64,000 nt of DNA, from assembly GCF_963921235.1 (NCBI RefSeq), contig NC_086097.1:140432001-140496000 (forward strand), in the 5' to 3' direction. This stretch comes from Mobula hypostoma. Lineage: Eukaryota. Positions 1-13,656 of the stretch are shown here, one piece after another. A model generated the notes under the pieces. It was not told where the DNA came from, searched no databases, and saw only the letters and a program-made list of their open reading frames with translations. Position numbers and translations under genes: made by a program. The first letter of the stretch is position 1, and the number at the start of each line of letters is the position of its first letter.

Positions 1-249
1 AAGAACAAAATAATTTCCAGCTGCAACACTCAATAATCAGGCTCATAAATGAACCTATAAAGTGCCACTAAAAAGTGTCACGCTCTTCACCAGAAAAAGT
101 AAGACAACTGAGAAAAATAAGATGAATAAATTGCATTACATAAATATTAATTTTATATGCAGCCACTATTGACGGTGCCTTGTTAATATTTGTTATTCTA
201 TCGTAATTGGTAATGACATATACCAGCTTTACTGGTGTAAAGTGCTTAC

Positions 250-390
250 CTGGAAAAAGAACTGCAATGTTTACTGGTGGCTTGTTTGTATCAATTGTAA
301 TTTTATGAACAGCATTCTTACATGGTTGAACTGGTTGGCAAATTAATTTGAGAGGCAAACTAAATGTGCGCTGTACAATTCGAGGTACAC
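250..390 (-). CDS. BBS9: BBS9 internal coding exon (141 nt), most 3' exon in window
   Basis: ccttgcag|GTGTACCT...TTTCCAG|gtaagc. Encodes GVPRIVQRTFSLPLKLICQPVQPCKNAVHKITIDTNKPPVNIAVLFP (recalled human GIPRVIQCKFRLPLKLICLPGQPSKTASHKITIDTNK). Confidence 0.96.
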
Positions 391-1237
391 CTGCAAGGCA
401 AGATTACTGTTAACATTTCTGAATTAAGATCTGCATTATCCTGCTCAGTTTTTAAGCTATAATTGGGGAAAAATTACTGCTGAAGTATCATTGACTTCAA
501 ATATTAACTCCTTCTTTCTCCACGCAACTAAGTATTTCTAGCATTTTCTGTTTCTATCATAGTCTTTAATTTTATTTTTTATTTCAGAGTAATGCCTTGC
601 TGTGTAATTGTTTCCCCATGATTCTCTACCTTTACCCTAACAAACTTTTGGCGATGAGACAAGGAGGAATTTATTCCAATGTTCTCTGCAATTATTAGTG
701 GTTGTGCTCTGTATATTATCACAAGAACTATGGTTTCTGAGCCAGGATCAAGATTTGTTCTCTTCAAAGGTCTTTTAATTTCTGTGTCAGGAAATAAAAA
801 ACTTTTGCAAAATTGGCTTAATGAAAAAACTAGCCATATTTAAACCCATAAGATATGCAAACAAACTATTAGTAGGGCTCTGCTTCCATAACAATCTCAT
901 TATCAGACTCTTCAAGTACTCTGCTTCAAAATTTACAGTGTTGTATAGTGATTAGGATTTTTGCTGTTGTGGTAATAAACTTGGTGTTCATTATAATAAC
1001 CAAACAGCCAAATACTATTACAATAAATTGCCAGTTATTATTGAGAACAGCTCTACAGAATTGTATATTATCAAGTATGAGACTTAAACTCACATGTGCA
1101 TAACACCTTTAAGGCATTCCAAGGTGTTAGCAAATATGAACATTTGAAGTAGGAATACAAAAGTCTCTTGAATCTGCTGCACTATTTCATATGATAGCTG
1201 ATCGCATTAGTAACCTCAAATTTGCATTCTTGTCTGG

Positions 1238-2285
1238 AAACATGAAATATAGAAAAGTATAGCACAGCAACTGGTCCTGCAGCCCACAAGGGTTGTGCCA
1301 AACTAACTAGTAATCAAATGCCAAATTACACTACTCCCTTCTGCCTAATTGTCTAAGAGCCCTTTGAATGCCTCCACTGTACTTGCCCCCACCACCACCC
1401 AAGGCAGCACATTCCAGGCACCCATCATTCCCTCCAAGTGTTACAACAAACTTGCTCCACATATTTCCATTGAAAATACTCCCTCTCCCTTCAAATGTAT
1501 GTCATCTAGTATCAGACATTTTAACCCTGGGTAAAAATAATGACCGTCTCCTCTGGCGTGATTCTATCAACCTTAACAGTTCCCCTCAGCCTCTCCACAG
1601 AAAACAACCCAAGTTTGTCCAACCACTCCTTACAACACCTGTCTAATCTATGCAGCATCCTGATAAAGCTTTTTTTTAAAAAAAAACCCTTTCCAAAGCC
1701 TTCACATCCTTCATATTATGTTCTTTCATGCCCTGTTTATCTTCCATCATAATACTCAGAAGACTTCCTTCCACTGCCCTTTGAGGAAGAGATATCCAGA
1801 GATTCATGATCATCTAAAAACTTGCATCATCACACTTACAGAGGTGTCCCTTCATTTTTAAATAGTGATCCCCTCGTTCCCAAATATCCCACAAAAGAGA
1901 ATATCTTTACATCAATTCTGTGATCATTAATGTTTTAATTAAGAACTCTCACACTCTTCTGAGCTCTAGTGTATAGAAACTTATCTGTACAATGTTTCCT
2001 CAGAAGTCTTATCACCTTTTCCAGATGCACAATACTCCAGAACTGTAGTAAAACTCCTTGGTGTTGCATTTACTTTCCCACCAATAGGTGATAACATGTT
2101 GTTAGCTTTCTTAACTAGTTATTGTACCTGCACACTAGCCTTATGCAAATTGTGTACTAGGAGATTCAAATCCTTCTGCAGTTTCTCACTGTTTATGATA
2201 TGATTTTTTTCATTCTGTCAAGATGGACAAGTTTACATTTTCCAATATTTTACTAGAGATGTTTGCCAACTCACTTAACCTCTTT
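1238..2285 (-). mobile_element. Decayed CR1-like LINE 3' fragments
   Basis: Resembles the better-preserved minus-strand CR1 3' ends in this window (5289-5900, 34290-34940). No open ORF. Confidence 0.55.
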
Positions 2286-3984
2286 CTAGCAGCATTATCA
2301 AAGTAATTTGACACGAAGCTACATGGGGATCAACTACGATAGTGATCAAAAGTTTGGTCAAACAGGTAGGTTTTGCGGAAAGAGAAACAAAGGGAGGAAC
2401 AGATTTACATGGAGAGTTCCAGAGCAGAAAGACCATCAAGTTACTTCTCATACCCCTAAAGCACTTTACAGCTAATAATGTTCTATTGAAGTGTGGTTGC
2501 TGTTGAAATATGGAACAAGCAACAAATTACCATAAAATAGAAAAGTGAAAATGACCAATCTTTCAGAAATACTGGTCATACTACAAGGAAACAGCTTGCC
2601 ACCTCTTCCTCAAAATATTTCAATGAGATCCTTTTCATCCACCTGAAGATAATTAATACTCAGCTTGATGTCACATTGGAAAGATGGTAAAAAAATCTTT
2701 CCAGTTGTTGTTCACTGGACATAACTAAGTGCATGAAAAGATAAGCCAAATTCAAAAATGCCTGCAATAAGGGATTTCTTTTCACATTTTCTATATGGTG
2801 TGTACTCTGATGTTCTCAATGCATTTGTGTATATTTAATGTAAGCAGTTGTGGTGAGATATAATGTGACCATTACTGAGTTATTGGAAAACAAAGGAAAC
2901 ATTGATAAAAACAACACACAAATGTATTATTTTGAAATATTATACCAAATGCAGTGTATATAGCATTAACATCAGTAAAAATTTAATTTTGGCAGGCAGA
3001 TGGAATAGTCCATGGTGATTTTTTTTCCAAAAGCCTGGATGTTAAATTGCAAAACAGTACGTACATTAGGAACTTTTGGCACATGCTGCTAAAAGACGCA
3101 AGTACTGGAAAATAGAAAGTACTGTAGAATTAGATTAGGAAGTATGAAGCACATGACTTAATGGTGGAGCTGTGCAACTTTCTTTGAGGTTTTGGAGAGA
3201 TCAGAACTCATTCACCATGTAGTAGATAACTACTGGTAAGATTTAAAAGTTATTGTGGAAGATTTTGTTCATTATTAAGCTACTTCATGATATGTTCCCA
3301 GAGTAGTTTAATTTCCAGGGTTCAAGTAAAACGAAATTAGTAATTTGCACATGCATTATGTATATACTTAATCACCTAAATACCACATACCAATTGAAAA
3401 TAGTTGTAGCTATGGTTACCTGTACATGTATTTTCACCGCCCTCTGGTTACAGCTAACAAGTTCGTTGATTTTCATCTAATCTGTTGAACAGTTTTTAAA
3501 AGATCATTTCTAACCAGATCTTTGATTTTCCATTTAACCTCTACATTAATGTAAATCGTTACCATTCCATGTCAATGACAAGACTACTTCAAGTTATATG
3601 TTACAGTAGAATTTTGAGAAACTGAAACAGTGCATTTTAATTCAGGAAATCATACTGTGAAGCATGTTTCCATTTCCTATCCAAGATTCCACTCAGAGAT
3701 TTTACAATCTCCAGTTTACTGCGAAATTTGACTGCATACTGGGTACATTTCTCTAACATTAGATGTACCTTTGAAACCCTTGAAACCTTTTAAACATGGA
3801 GCAGCTTTAACGCAAGGGACTTTGTATTACTGGTCCATTGGTTTTAAGTTATATTCATTATGTTTTGTGGATAAACATTATAAATGGCCCTCAATAAGTG
3901 CTTGGAAACCATACATTGTGCTTAAAAAAAAATTAAGCTTCACTGAAGCCCAACTTATGAGAGGCAAAGTATGTTAAAAACAAA

Positions 3985-4510
3985 ACCTGAAAAAGGGAGG
4001 AACTCAGCTGGTCAAGTAGCAGCTATGGAGGCAAACAATGGAAGCTGACATTTTGGGTTGAGACCCTGCATCAGCATTGAAAAGAAATAAAACATTTCCA
4101 GTATATCACACTACTTAAGGGGGTCGGATAAAAGCTGGTGGATGTTAGGTGGAGCCAGATGGCATGATGGTCAGATGGAATAGGGGAGGGGTGGAGAAGT
4201 AGGAGAGATGAACAAAGGAAGAAGAAAAGCAGGTGGACAGATGAGTGTGTATGGGAGGAGAGCACTAGGATGTGTATGGGAGGAGAGCACCAGGAGTGCG
4301 GGTTATCTGAAATTAGAAAATTCAATATTCACATCATTGTAAGCTATTCAACCTATACACTAGCAATATTTCCTGTTCCCTCTCAGTCTTGATGTAGGGT
4401 TTTGACCCAAAATGTAGACCTTCCTTTCACAGATGCTGCTTGACTATCTGTGCACTTTAGGCATTGTTTTTTTTTTACCCTAGATGCCAGCATCCGCAAA
4501 CTCTTTTGTT
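3985..4510. mobile_element. Inverted pair of Penelope-like terminal repeats, decayed
   Basis: Minus copy ~3985-4330 and plus copy ~4370-4510. Each has the gatgctgc..tgac/ctgagttcctcc motif and a decayed hammerhead core, with the same layout as 21341-22851. Confidence 0.7.
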
Positions 4511-5288
4511 CATTTTCACAAATATCTAAGATGGAAATCTTGGACTAACCAACAAAGAGTAACTAAAACTAAACAGGTATAAAGTGATGAGAGGTGGGGG
4601 ATGCCAGGGGCAAGGCACGTGGTGAGATGGTAACTACACCTCTATTTTATAGTAGAATACATCACAAAATACTGCTGATGAACTAACAAGTTTTATTTAT
4701 TTCTGAAATTCAATGTTCAGTTAAGAATTGAAAATGGGATTACTGAATTATGAAAATAGATAATGTTCTTGGAAATGGAGCTTAACATGAGAAGTTGTAA
4801 AATAGTCAATCACAGAGGGAAAAAGAACATTATGAGTGGTGAGAAATTGCAGAAATTTTTTTTTTTGGAAGAGGTTTCTGGATGTCCAAGGCATGATTCA
4901 CAAAAGGCTAGCATGCATGTACAGCAATGAATTATGAAAGCTAACAGAATGCTATTGGTTATTGTCAATGGAAAAGAATAAACATAGTGAGGTTACTCTT
5001 CAATTTAATCATGCACTGGTGAGACCACATCTTGAGTACCATGTATAGTACTGGTCTACTTATTTAAGGAAGGGTACTATTGCACTAGAAATAGCTTGGT
5101 GACTATCTGGTAAAGGCAGGCTGTCTTAGGAGGAAAATTTAGAAAAACTAGATTTGCTTTTCTAGCCTCCTGCAGGTACAACCGAATTGACAGGGTAGGT
5201 TTGCAGTGTAATAAATTGCTGAAAAAAAATCAGCAGTTCAAGCAACATCTGCTGAGGCAAAGTGATGATCAACATTTCAGGTTGAGGG

Positions 5289-7228
5289 AGAGTCATAGAG
5301 TCAGAAAAAAGGACAGCATAGAAAGTCACTTTGGACCATTTATTCCATGCTGAGCCCTTTAAACTGTCTACTCCCATCGATCTGTAATGCGGCCATAGCC
5401 CTCCACACCTCTACCATCCATGTATCTATCCAAACTTTTCCTAACTGTTAAAATTGAGCTCACATGCATTACTTGCACTGGCAGCTTGTTCCACACTCTC
5501 ATGACTCTGAGTGAAGACGTTTCCTCTCATGTCGCCCTTAAACTTTTCACTTTTCATCCTTAATCCATGACCTCTAGTTGTAATCGCAACCAAGCTCAGT
5601 GGAAAAATCCTGCTTGCATTTACCCTATCAATAACCCTCATAATTCTGTATAAAATCTCCCCTCAAGGCTTCTACATTCTAGGGAATAAAATCCTAACCT
5701 ATTCCACCTTTCCAGATAACTCAGGTACTCACGTCCTGGCAACATCCTTGTAAATTTTCTCGGCACTCTTTCAACCTTATTTATATCTTTCCTGTAGGTA
5801 AAACTGCACACACTACTCTAAATTAGACCTTACCAACATCTTGTAAAACTTCGACAGAACATCCCAACTCCGACACTCAATACTTTGATTTATGAAGGCC
5901 AATCTGCCAGAAGCTTTTTTTAATGACCTTACCTACCAGTGACACCACTTTCAATGAATTATGGACCTATATTCCCAGATCCTTTGATTCTTCAGTACCC
6001 TACTATTCACTGTGTAAGAACTACCCTGGTTGGTACTACTGAAGTGCAACACCTCACACTGGTCTCCACTAAATTCCATCTGCCATGTTTCAGCCCATTT
6101 TTCCAGCTGGTCCAGATTCCTCTGCAAGCCATGATAGCTTTCCTTACTGCCCACTACACCCCCAATCTTGGACTCATCCGCAAATTTACTGATCTAGTTA
6201 ACGTTATCATCCAGATCATTGATATAGATGACAAACAAAATGGACCCAGCACCAATCCCTCCGGCACTTCACTAGTCACAGGTCTCCAGTCAGGGGCAAC
6301 CATCTACTACCACTCTCTGGCTTCTCCCACAAAGCCAACGTCAAATCCAATTTACTACCTCATCTTGAATGCTGAGGAACTGAAGCTTCTTGACTAACCT
6401 CCCATGCAGAACCTTATAAAATGTCTTGCTAAAGTCCATGTAGACAACATCCACTGCCTTGCCTTCATCATCTTTCCTGGTAACTTCCTCGAAAAACTCT
6501 ACAAAATTGGTTAGACATGACCTACTACATACAAAGCCACGCTGACTATCCCTAATCAGTCCCCATCTATCCAAATATCCGGTCACTTAGAATACCTTCC
6601 AATAACTTATGTCAGGCCTATAATTTCCTGTTCCATCTTCAGAGCCTTTCTTAAACAGTGAAACAACATTAACTATCCTCCAGTCCTCTGGTACCACACC
6701 CGTCACTAAGAATGATTTAAATATCTCCGCTAGGGCCCCTGCATTTTCTGCACTTGCCTCCCATAGGATTTGAGGGAACACTTTGTCAGGCTCAGGGGAT
6801 TTATCCACCCTAATTTGCCTCAAATCAGCAAACACCTCCTCCTTCTTAATCTGTATAGGGTCCATGAAGTCTTTGCCTCACTTCTATAGACTCTTGTGTC
6901 CTTTTCCTGAGTAAATACAATGCAAAAAATTAATTTAAATCTCCCCCATCTTTTTTGGTTCCACGCATGTATTACCATTCTGATCTTCCAGAGGTCCAAC
7001 TTTGTCCTCTGCAGCCTTTTTGCTCTTAACTTACCTCTAGAATACCTTAGGATTCTCCTTCACCTAGTCTGCTAAGGCAACCTCGTGCCTTCTTTTCGCC
7101 CTCCTGATTTATTTTCTTAAACGTTCTCTTGCATATATTATACTCCATTATAACCTCATTTGTTCCTACCTGCCTATACCTGCTATTCACCTCCTTCCTG
7201 TACTTAACCAGGGCTTCAATATCTCTTG
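5289..7228 (-). mobile_element. CR1 LINE, 5'-truncated, frameshifted RT
   Basis: ORF pieces KSPEPD, WRIVNVVSLFKKG, GNYRP, SCLTNFVEFFEEVT, VDVVYMDFSK, QRNLDQLEKWAETWQMEF. Short-repeat tail agagtcatagagtc at the left end. Confidence 0.9.
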
Positions 7229-8174
7229 ATGCTGCATCAGGACTCAGAATGTACAGAGAAGAATGTTGCCTATCCCTTTGCCTCACAGATGTTGTTCTTT
7301 CATCTGTTTGTTCTTGCTCCAGATGTTTCTTTTGTCTGGATTTGGAAAGCATGCTTCTTCTTTTGGGAGAATCTGGAAGTTGTTTAAAAGAATATAAAGG
7401 GACCTGCTCATTTAAGACAGATGAAGCAAATTCATAATATTGGAAGCCAAGATTGAAAGATATTTCTTAAGCAAGAAGGTGAAATGTTACTGTGGGTAGA
7501 TTGGAGTGATGTGCTGTAGATACGATCAGATTAGCCACAACCTTGTTGAATGATCGAACAGAATAGAAAGGCAAAGTGGCCAACTGCTGCTCTCTATTTG
7601 TATGTCCATAAATGATTTACCTTAGCTAGCATTATCAATTTTGCTTTTAAGTTGAACCTTTAGATGCTACAAATTCAATCTTATTGTAATAGATGAAAAA
7701 ACTGAGAATGAGCAGCTTTGACTCATGAAATGGAAGGGCTTAATTACTTGCCAATCTCTGTGCTGACTCAACCATCATTCCTGACACTTGTTTATAAGTA
7801 ACTATTACAAAAATCATTTAATGTTATGCACAAAGGAAATGAAAAAGAATTCATAGATTCAATTCTAGACAGAGATAAATTTCAGAGGAAACGGGTGAAA
7901 ACCCATTTGACCTAAAGTGAGCATAGGTCAATGTTGAGTTCATTAAGAAATAAAAGGTTCATGTAACCTCTATGGATTCTGGTATAAGCAATGATGCTTT
8001 AACCTCAAATAGTTTCTCATATAAAATACTTGCTGTTTCTAGCAAATCTTCTGTTTTTTTATATCCATCTCGCGTTTCAGAGTCACATTTTTAAAAACTG
8101 TAATATTTCATTGAATGCACAATACTAAAATGGACCAAACAAAATACGTGATAATTTTAAATCTGGAAAACTGG

Positions 8175-8390
8175 CCCTGCTAAACCTCACATCACAGCGC
8201 TAAGCAATATTGTACCCACATTGTACTGTCTCAGTACTTTTATATTTGTGTGCTGTAGCACTTACTTTTTATTCGCAGTTATTTTGTAAATAACACTATT
8301 CTTTGCATTTCTGGTTAGATGCTAACTGCATTTCATTGGCTTTGCATCTGTACTCGGCACAATGACATTAAAGTTGAATTTAATCTAATC
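8175..8390 (+). mobile_element. 3' end of a LINE/SINE-like retroposon
   Basis: Ends gacattaaagttgaatttaatctaatc (polyA-signal-like motif plus short-repeat tail). Family not determined. Confidence 0.5.
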
Positions 8391-9592
8391 AATGACTGAT
8401 ACAAACATTTAAACCAGAGATTTTCACAATTTTACTCCCTCAGTACACAGCACTTAATCCTGATGAGGCCTCCTGTTGCCCAAGCTTGATATTTTCTAAG
8501 ACTTTCAGTGAAATAATGTCAGGTGGACATTGATCACTATTAACCTTATCGCTGATATAAGGGTTATAGTATCTACAATTTTCATTTTGAGTACTGCTAG
8601 GAATGTCACACATCTTTGTAGCAGAAGATGCTCATTGTTCCAAACACATTAAGTGTTGAAGATATATCTGGCCTCCCAAAACCTAACCATGATTTCATCA
8701 AAGAGATGGCTTGAAGAATGTTGGTTACAGAGAGGATGGGGAAGGAATTCAAGAGCACCAGATTAAATAGTTAAGTCAGTGATTCGGTGATTGAGAGGAT
8801 TTTGCTGCAGGTGTAAGTGTTCAGTGGATAGTTCTTCAGGTCGTACAGAGGGAAATTATTACAGATGTAGAGAGAACTTAAACTGTGAAAGAAATTAAAT
8901 ATGACCAAATGCTTGAAGCTCATCACTTGAAGAGATTGAGCATGAATGGTAGTGACCCAGAACACTGTTGATGTTGAAGTGTACCTTGGTGCAGTGTCAC
9001 ATCCAATGGAGGCTCAGTAAGCTAGAGTTTACAGAATGTAAACAATGGGAAACAACAAAGGTAGTAAATACTCAGACGAGGGTGACAACAATATAATGAA
9101 TGATTTTGAGGTGGGATAAACTGGTTGAGGTACGAATGCAGACAGATTATTTCTGTGACATAGACAACACAAAATACCATGAGCAGAGCAGGACCCCACC
9201 AGATGCTAAAAAAAATTGTTTGCACCCCCTCTAAAGCTAATTTGTCTCTTTCACTCCTTTTATATCAACATACAGTACAAGGCACCATGTAGTTTGATGG
9301 CTTTACTCTGATTGTTCTAAGATGAAGAATAGGATGAACCATGGTTGATATCTGGAACTTGCTGCTAGAGGAGGAGTGAACCATTATTTTTAGACAGTTA
9401 AAGAGGCACTTGAATGAACAAGGTATAGAAGGATAAGGATATGCAGGCAATTGGTGATTAGTGCAGATGGGCAATAAGATCAGCGTGGATGTGCTGGGCT
9501 AAAGGGCCAGTTTCTGTGCTGTACAATGGACTCCAAGCAGTTACAATCGAGTTCACCAGGTCAGAGACAAACAAAAATTTCTTCATTTAGAA

Positions 9593-10274
9593 TAGATTAG
9601 ATTAGATTATGAGGACACGCAGTCCTCTTTTATTGTCATTTAATAATGCATGCATTAAGAAATGATACAATGTTCCTCCATGAATGATATCACAGAAACA
9701 CAAAACAAACCAAGACTAAAAAAACTGACCAAACCCACATAATTATAACATATAGTTACAACAATGCAAAGTAATACCGTAATTTGATAAAGAACAGACC
9801 ATGGCATGGTAAAAAAAAAAGTCTCAAAGTTTCTCAAAAATCCCATCATCTCACACAGACGGTAGAAGGAAGAGAAACTCTCTTCCTGCCATGAGCTTCC
9901 AGTGCCGCAAACTTGCCGATGCAACATCCTGGAAGCACCCGACCACAGCTGACTCTTGAGCCCGTCCAACAACTTTGAGCCTCCGACCAACCCTCCGACA
10001 CCGAGCACTATCTCTGCCAAGCATTTCGACCCCGGCCCCGGCAACAGGCAATAGACAAAGCTGAGGATTTGGGGCCTTCTCCTCCAGAGATTCTGGATCG
10101 CACAGTAGCAGCGGCAGCGAAGCGGGCATTTCAGAAGTTTCTCCAGATGTTCCTCCATGCTTTTCACGGCTGTCTCCATCAAATTCAGGATGGTGCACGG
10201 CCTCCTAATTACAAATACGATATTATTCGGAGCGGCCGCGCACGCTGCATCGCGCCATCTTCTCCTCCCCTCCC
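9593..10274 (-). mobile_element. Non-autonomous retroposon (~680 bp) inserted in a CR1 fragment
   Basis: GC/CpG-rich body; minus-strand 5' end GGAGGGGAGGAGAAGATGGCGC; 3' AATAAA followed by a (TCTAA)n tail. No recognisable protein domain. Confidence 0.65.
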
Positions 10275-10489
10275 CTGATAATACCATGACATTCTCTACC
10301 ACAAAGTGGTACAAGTCAAGTTGCTGAATATATTTAATACGGGAAAAGATACGTTTCTATGTACAGAAATAATCAAGAGCCACGAGGAGTGCAAGAATAT
10401 TGGATAGAAACAGATTAGATCGCCAATTGAACTTATTTTGTTTCTACTTTTCCATGAACAACCTTCAGGAAACTGATTCCTATTTGATC

Positions 10490-12480
10490 AGCAAGGACAT
10501 ACTAGATTGTAAATTCCACATCCTTCTCCATTCACTTAAGTTATCTAAATCTTCCTGAACCTTCTCTGTTTCCTTTACACAGTTTATACTGCCATCTGGC
10601 TTTATAATACCAGCAGATCTGGATAGAATACACTCGATCATTTCATCCAAATCACTGAAAACGATTATGAACAGCTTGGGGTCTCCACTAGGCACAGCCT
10701 GCAACCTGAAAATAACTTGTGTTCTCTTGTTCTCTATTTTCTGTCCATTCCTCATGGGGTATTATCTCCAATGCCTTGTGTGGCACTTTTATGAAGACCT
10801 CCTAAAAATCCAAACACTCGACATCACTGATTAACCTTCATTTATTCTGCAGCCTCCTCCAGCCCTACATTCTAGTTTCTGGATCCAGTTCCATCTGCCT
10901 ATGATCCACATTTAGCTCCACCACTGATAGCAAGAAAATGAGTGACTCTGCCTTTAGGAGCCCCTAGAATCTCCTTTCAGTTACATTTTTCCTTATCTCT
11001 CTAAAATTCTGTGCTCTGTATGTTGCTTTTAAACTTTTGCTGATGTTTAAAAAAACTGGAAGAAATTAAACTGGAAGAAACTGTTGTGAAGGGCTGAAGT
11101 AGTCACCACGGGTCAAGTCAATCCTTTGACAGGGAAATGAAATATGGGCCAGAAGCACTGGTGTGAAGCTGGTCGCCAGAACTTCCTTACTCCTTTCCTG
11201 TTTTGTCTGCTGGGTCACTCTATTCGATTCACTGTGTTGTTCTAGTTAGCTGACGATGTTAAACACTTAGGCAAACACGGGAAATTACATGCTGCATGCA
11301 ACAGCAGAAAGTGTCCCTTACAAATTATTTTGTTGACTGAATGTAACAACACAATAATTAAACATAGGGAAAAGGAAAGCACTTAAGTCACATTATGTTC
11401 ATAGAATCATAGCACACAGAAACAAGCCCTACATCTCACTATGTCCATGTTAACCATCAAGTGCCCAGCTATACTATCACATTTACTAACATCACTTCAT
11501 TAGCCTCCAATGCCTTGGTAATTCAAGTAGTCAACTATTGTGCATCCTCAAAGATTGTAAGAGTACCTGCCTCTACTACTCTTTCAGGCAATGTGTTCTA
11601 GATCTCAACTATCCTCTAGGATAAATCTATGCCCTTTAGTTTTAGGCACCCTCTACAGAGAAAGAAAAAGCCTACTATATTTTCATCATAACTTTGTAAA
11701 CTTTAATCAGGTTCTCCCATTTGGCCTAGTCTGCTCCAAGAAAAACAAACATGGCCAGTCCAATTTCTCCTTAGAATTGAAACATCCGATCCCAAGTGAA
11801 TCTCCATAGCAATCACATTCATTCTTTAGTGTATTTACTGAAACAGTGTACAATATTCCAGCAGTGATAGACCAGTGTTTATGAAGTTGTATCACAATAT
11901 TTCCAAAATCATATTCTATGCCCTGGCTATGAAGACAAGTATCCGGTATGCCCTCTTTACCATCTTAGTCATAGGTGTTGCCACCTCAGGGATCCTTGGA
12001 CCTTACACCTGAATCCCTGTTCCTTCATATTTCTGAGGACCATACCATTCACTGTGAATTGTATATCCTACCTACTGTATATTAGTCCTCTCAAAGTGCA
12101 CCACCTTGCACATAACCATCTGCCAACGCTCTGCCCATCTTACCAACTGATTAATATGAATGCTGTAGCCATTTGCACAACTATTCATACCATCTGCAAA
12201 CTTATGGATCATATCTCCTAAAATAATACCTAAACCATTAAGGGCCTAGGATTGATCCCCGAGATACACCGCTGGTCATAGGTTCACCCCCACCCCCCAT
12301 CATAAAGGCACCATTCCACCATCTTCTGTCTCCTGTTACCAAGCCTGCGTTGGATCCAATCCTTTGAATCCAATGGGTTCTATATCTGTGGTCCTATCTC
12401 CCCTGAGGGCCTTGTCAAAAGCCCTACTGACGTTCATGTTCACTAAATTAACCACACGACTTTCATCAATAGATTTCATC
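10490..12480 (-). mobile_element. Decayed CR1 fragments (~10490-10850 and ~11395-12480)
   Basis: RT remnants such as LFIIVFSDLDE and VQEDLDNLSEW; CR1-type tail catagaatcatag at ~11400. Confidence 0.65.
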
Positions 12481-12689
12481 CAAAATTAGACAAAAAGATT
12501 TATTAATGTAAGTAACCTGTCAAAGAGAGCTCCTTTTCTGCTGCTTAACTTCTTTCATTGACCAAGATTTTCTAGTTGCCTGCCACTTTAATTCTCTATC
12601 CCACTCTGACCTTGCTGCCTTTAGAATGCTATTCTGTTTTGAAACTGCAAAGACAATTACAAATAACAGCATCTGGTCTTCCATCTAAG

Positions 12690-13210
12690 CGCATTACAGT
12701 TCTCAAGAATCAACAGTTAATACACCAGACTGCCAGTTTGTGTCCAACCATGGAGTTCTGATAAAAAAAGTCATCAACCTGGAATATTAACCGTATTATT
12801 CTCTCCAATTCTGCTACCTAACCTTCTATCTATTTTCATCGTTCCTTTGAGCATCAGACTTTCAACAATTGCATATTCCAGTTTTGTTTTTTAACTTCCT
12901 GTTCTCATTCACCTCTTTCAACCTGTGCTTCTTTTAATCAAATGACCTGTAAAAAGCAAGCATTCACCAACTTCCTTCAGCATACACCACCTGTCTCTGT
13001 CTCCTTTGGCCTCCATCCTACTATATAAAGGACCTCTCCGCTTCCCTTCCCCAATCCTCCAACTTAAAACGTGCTTGAACATGCTTGAATCCAAACCTTT
13101 CCTATTCGTGATGAAAAGTTATCATCCTAAAAAGTGAATGTTAAGTATTCTCGCTGTAGATGCTGCCTGTCCTGTGAAATAATTCCAGTATTTTGTTTTT
13201 AATTTCGATT
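12690..13210 (+). mobile_element. Two tandem, highly decayed Penelope-like terminal repeats
   Basis: ttctgataaaaaaagtcatcaacctggaatattaac (~12757) and gtgatgaaaagttatcatcct...gatgctgcctgtcctg (~13108) resemble the other hammerhead-bearing repeats. A similar relic lies at ~478-560. Confidence 0.45.
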
Positions 13211-13641
13211 TGTCATAGTGCCATGAAGTGCCCATGAAGTATTTCCATGAAGCTACTTGATCAGGAGTTGTTGACGAGGCTCAGAATCCCAATGCTATGG
13301 TCTATAAAACACATGTACAAATGTATAATTGCATCATGATACAGACAATTATATCAATGCCAACTTTCATCCCATAGATTACTCAATTAATAGCATTAAA
13401 ATTCACAAGCCAGGAAAAGCCTAACATCAGACACCTCCCTATGAGACTACAAAAATCAAGCTTATTTGGAGCCACAAGAACCAAACATTATCAAGTGCAG
13501 AGTGGACAGATAAATGTATAGCACAAGACTCCATTTACATCTATTGAGAGAGAATCTGGTGATTTAAACATCTTGATTGAATTCATTGAAATATACATTC
13601 ACATTTCTCAATACACAAGTAGTGAAAAGTATTTAACCTAC

Positions 13642-13656
13642 CTTCAGGATTTCGCT
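13642..13656 (-). CDS. BBS9: BBS9 15-nt microexon (ERNPE)
   Basis: ctttgtgctttctttgataatcag|AGCGAAATCCTGAAG|gtaggt. Phase 1/1, giving E-R-N-P-E-G, at the position of recalled human DRNPDG. Confidence 0.85.

Noticed and set aside
68..249. Extension of the 96-aa ORF beyond the BBS9 exon, and a possible extra exon near 1-110
   Set aside because: BBS9 similarity stops at the gtaagc donor (249). The downstream translation does not resemble the expected next exon.
4246..4297. 25-bp tandem duplication and other short direct repeats, as a possible array
   Set aside because: Only two units, with no repeat-spacer structure. No CRISPR-like array was seen in the window.
8458..8490. CTGATGA box as another hammerhead
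   Set aside because: No downstream GAAA box or helix II, and no Penelope context.
9655..10314. 219-aa ORF as a novel gene
   Set aside because: Lies within a GC-rich retroposon, with no recognisable domain or splice structure.
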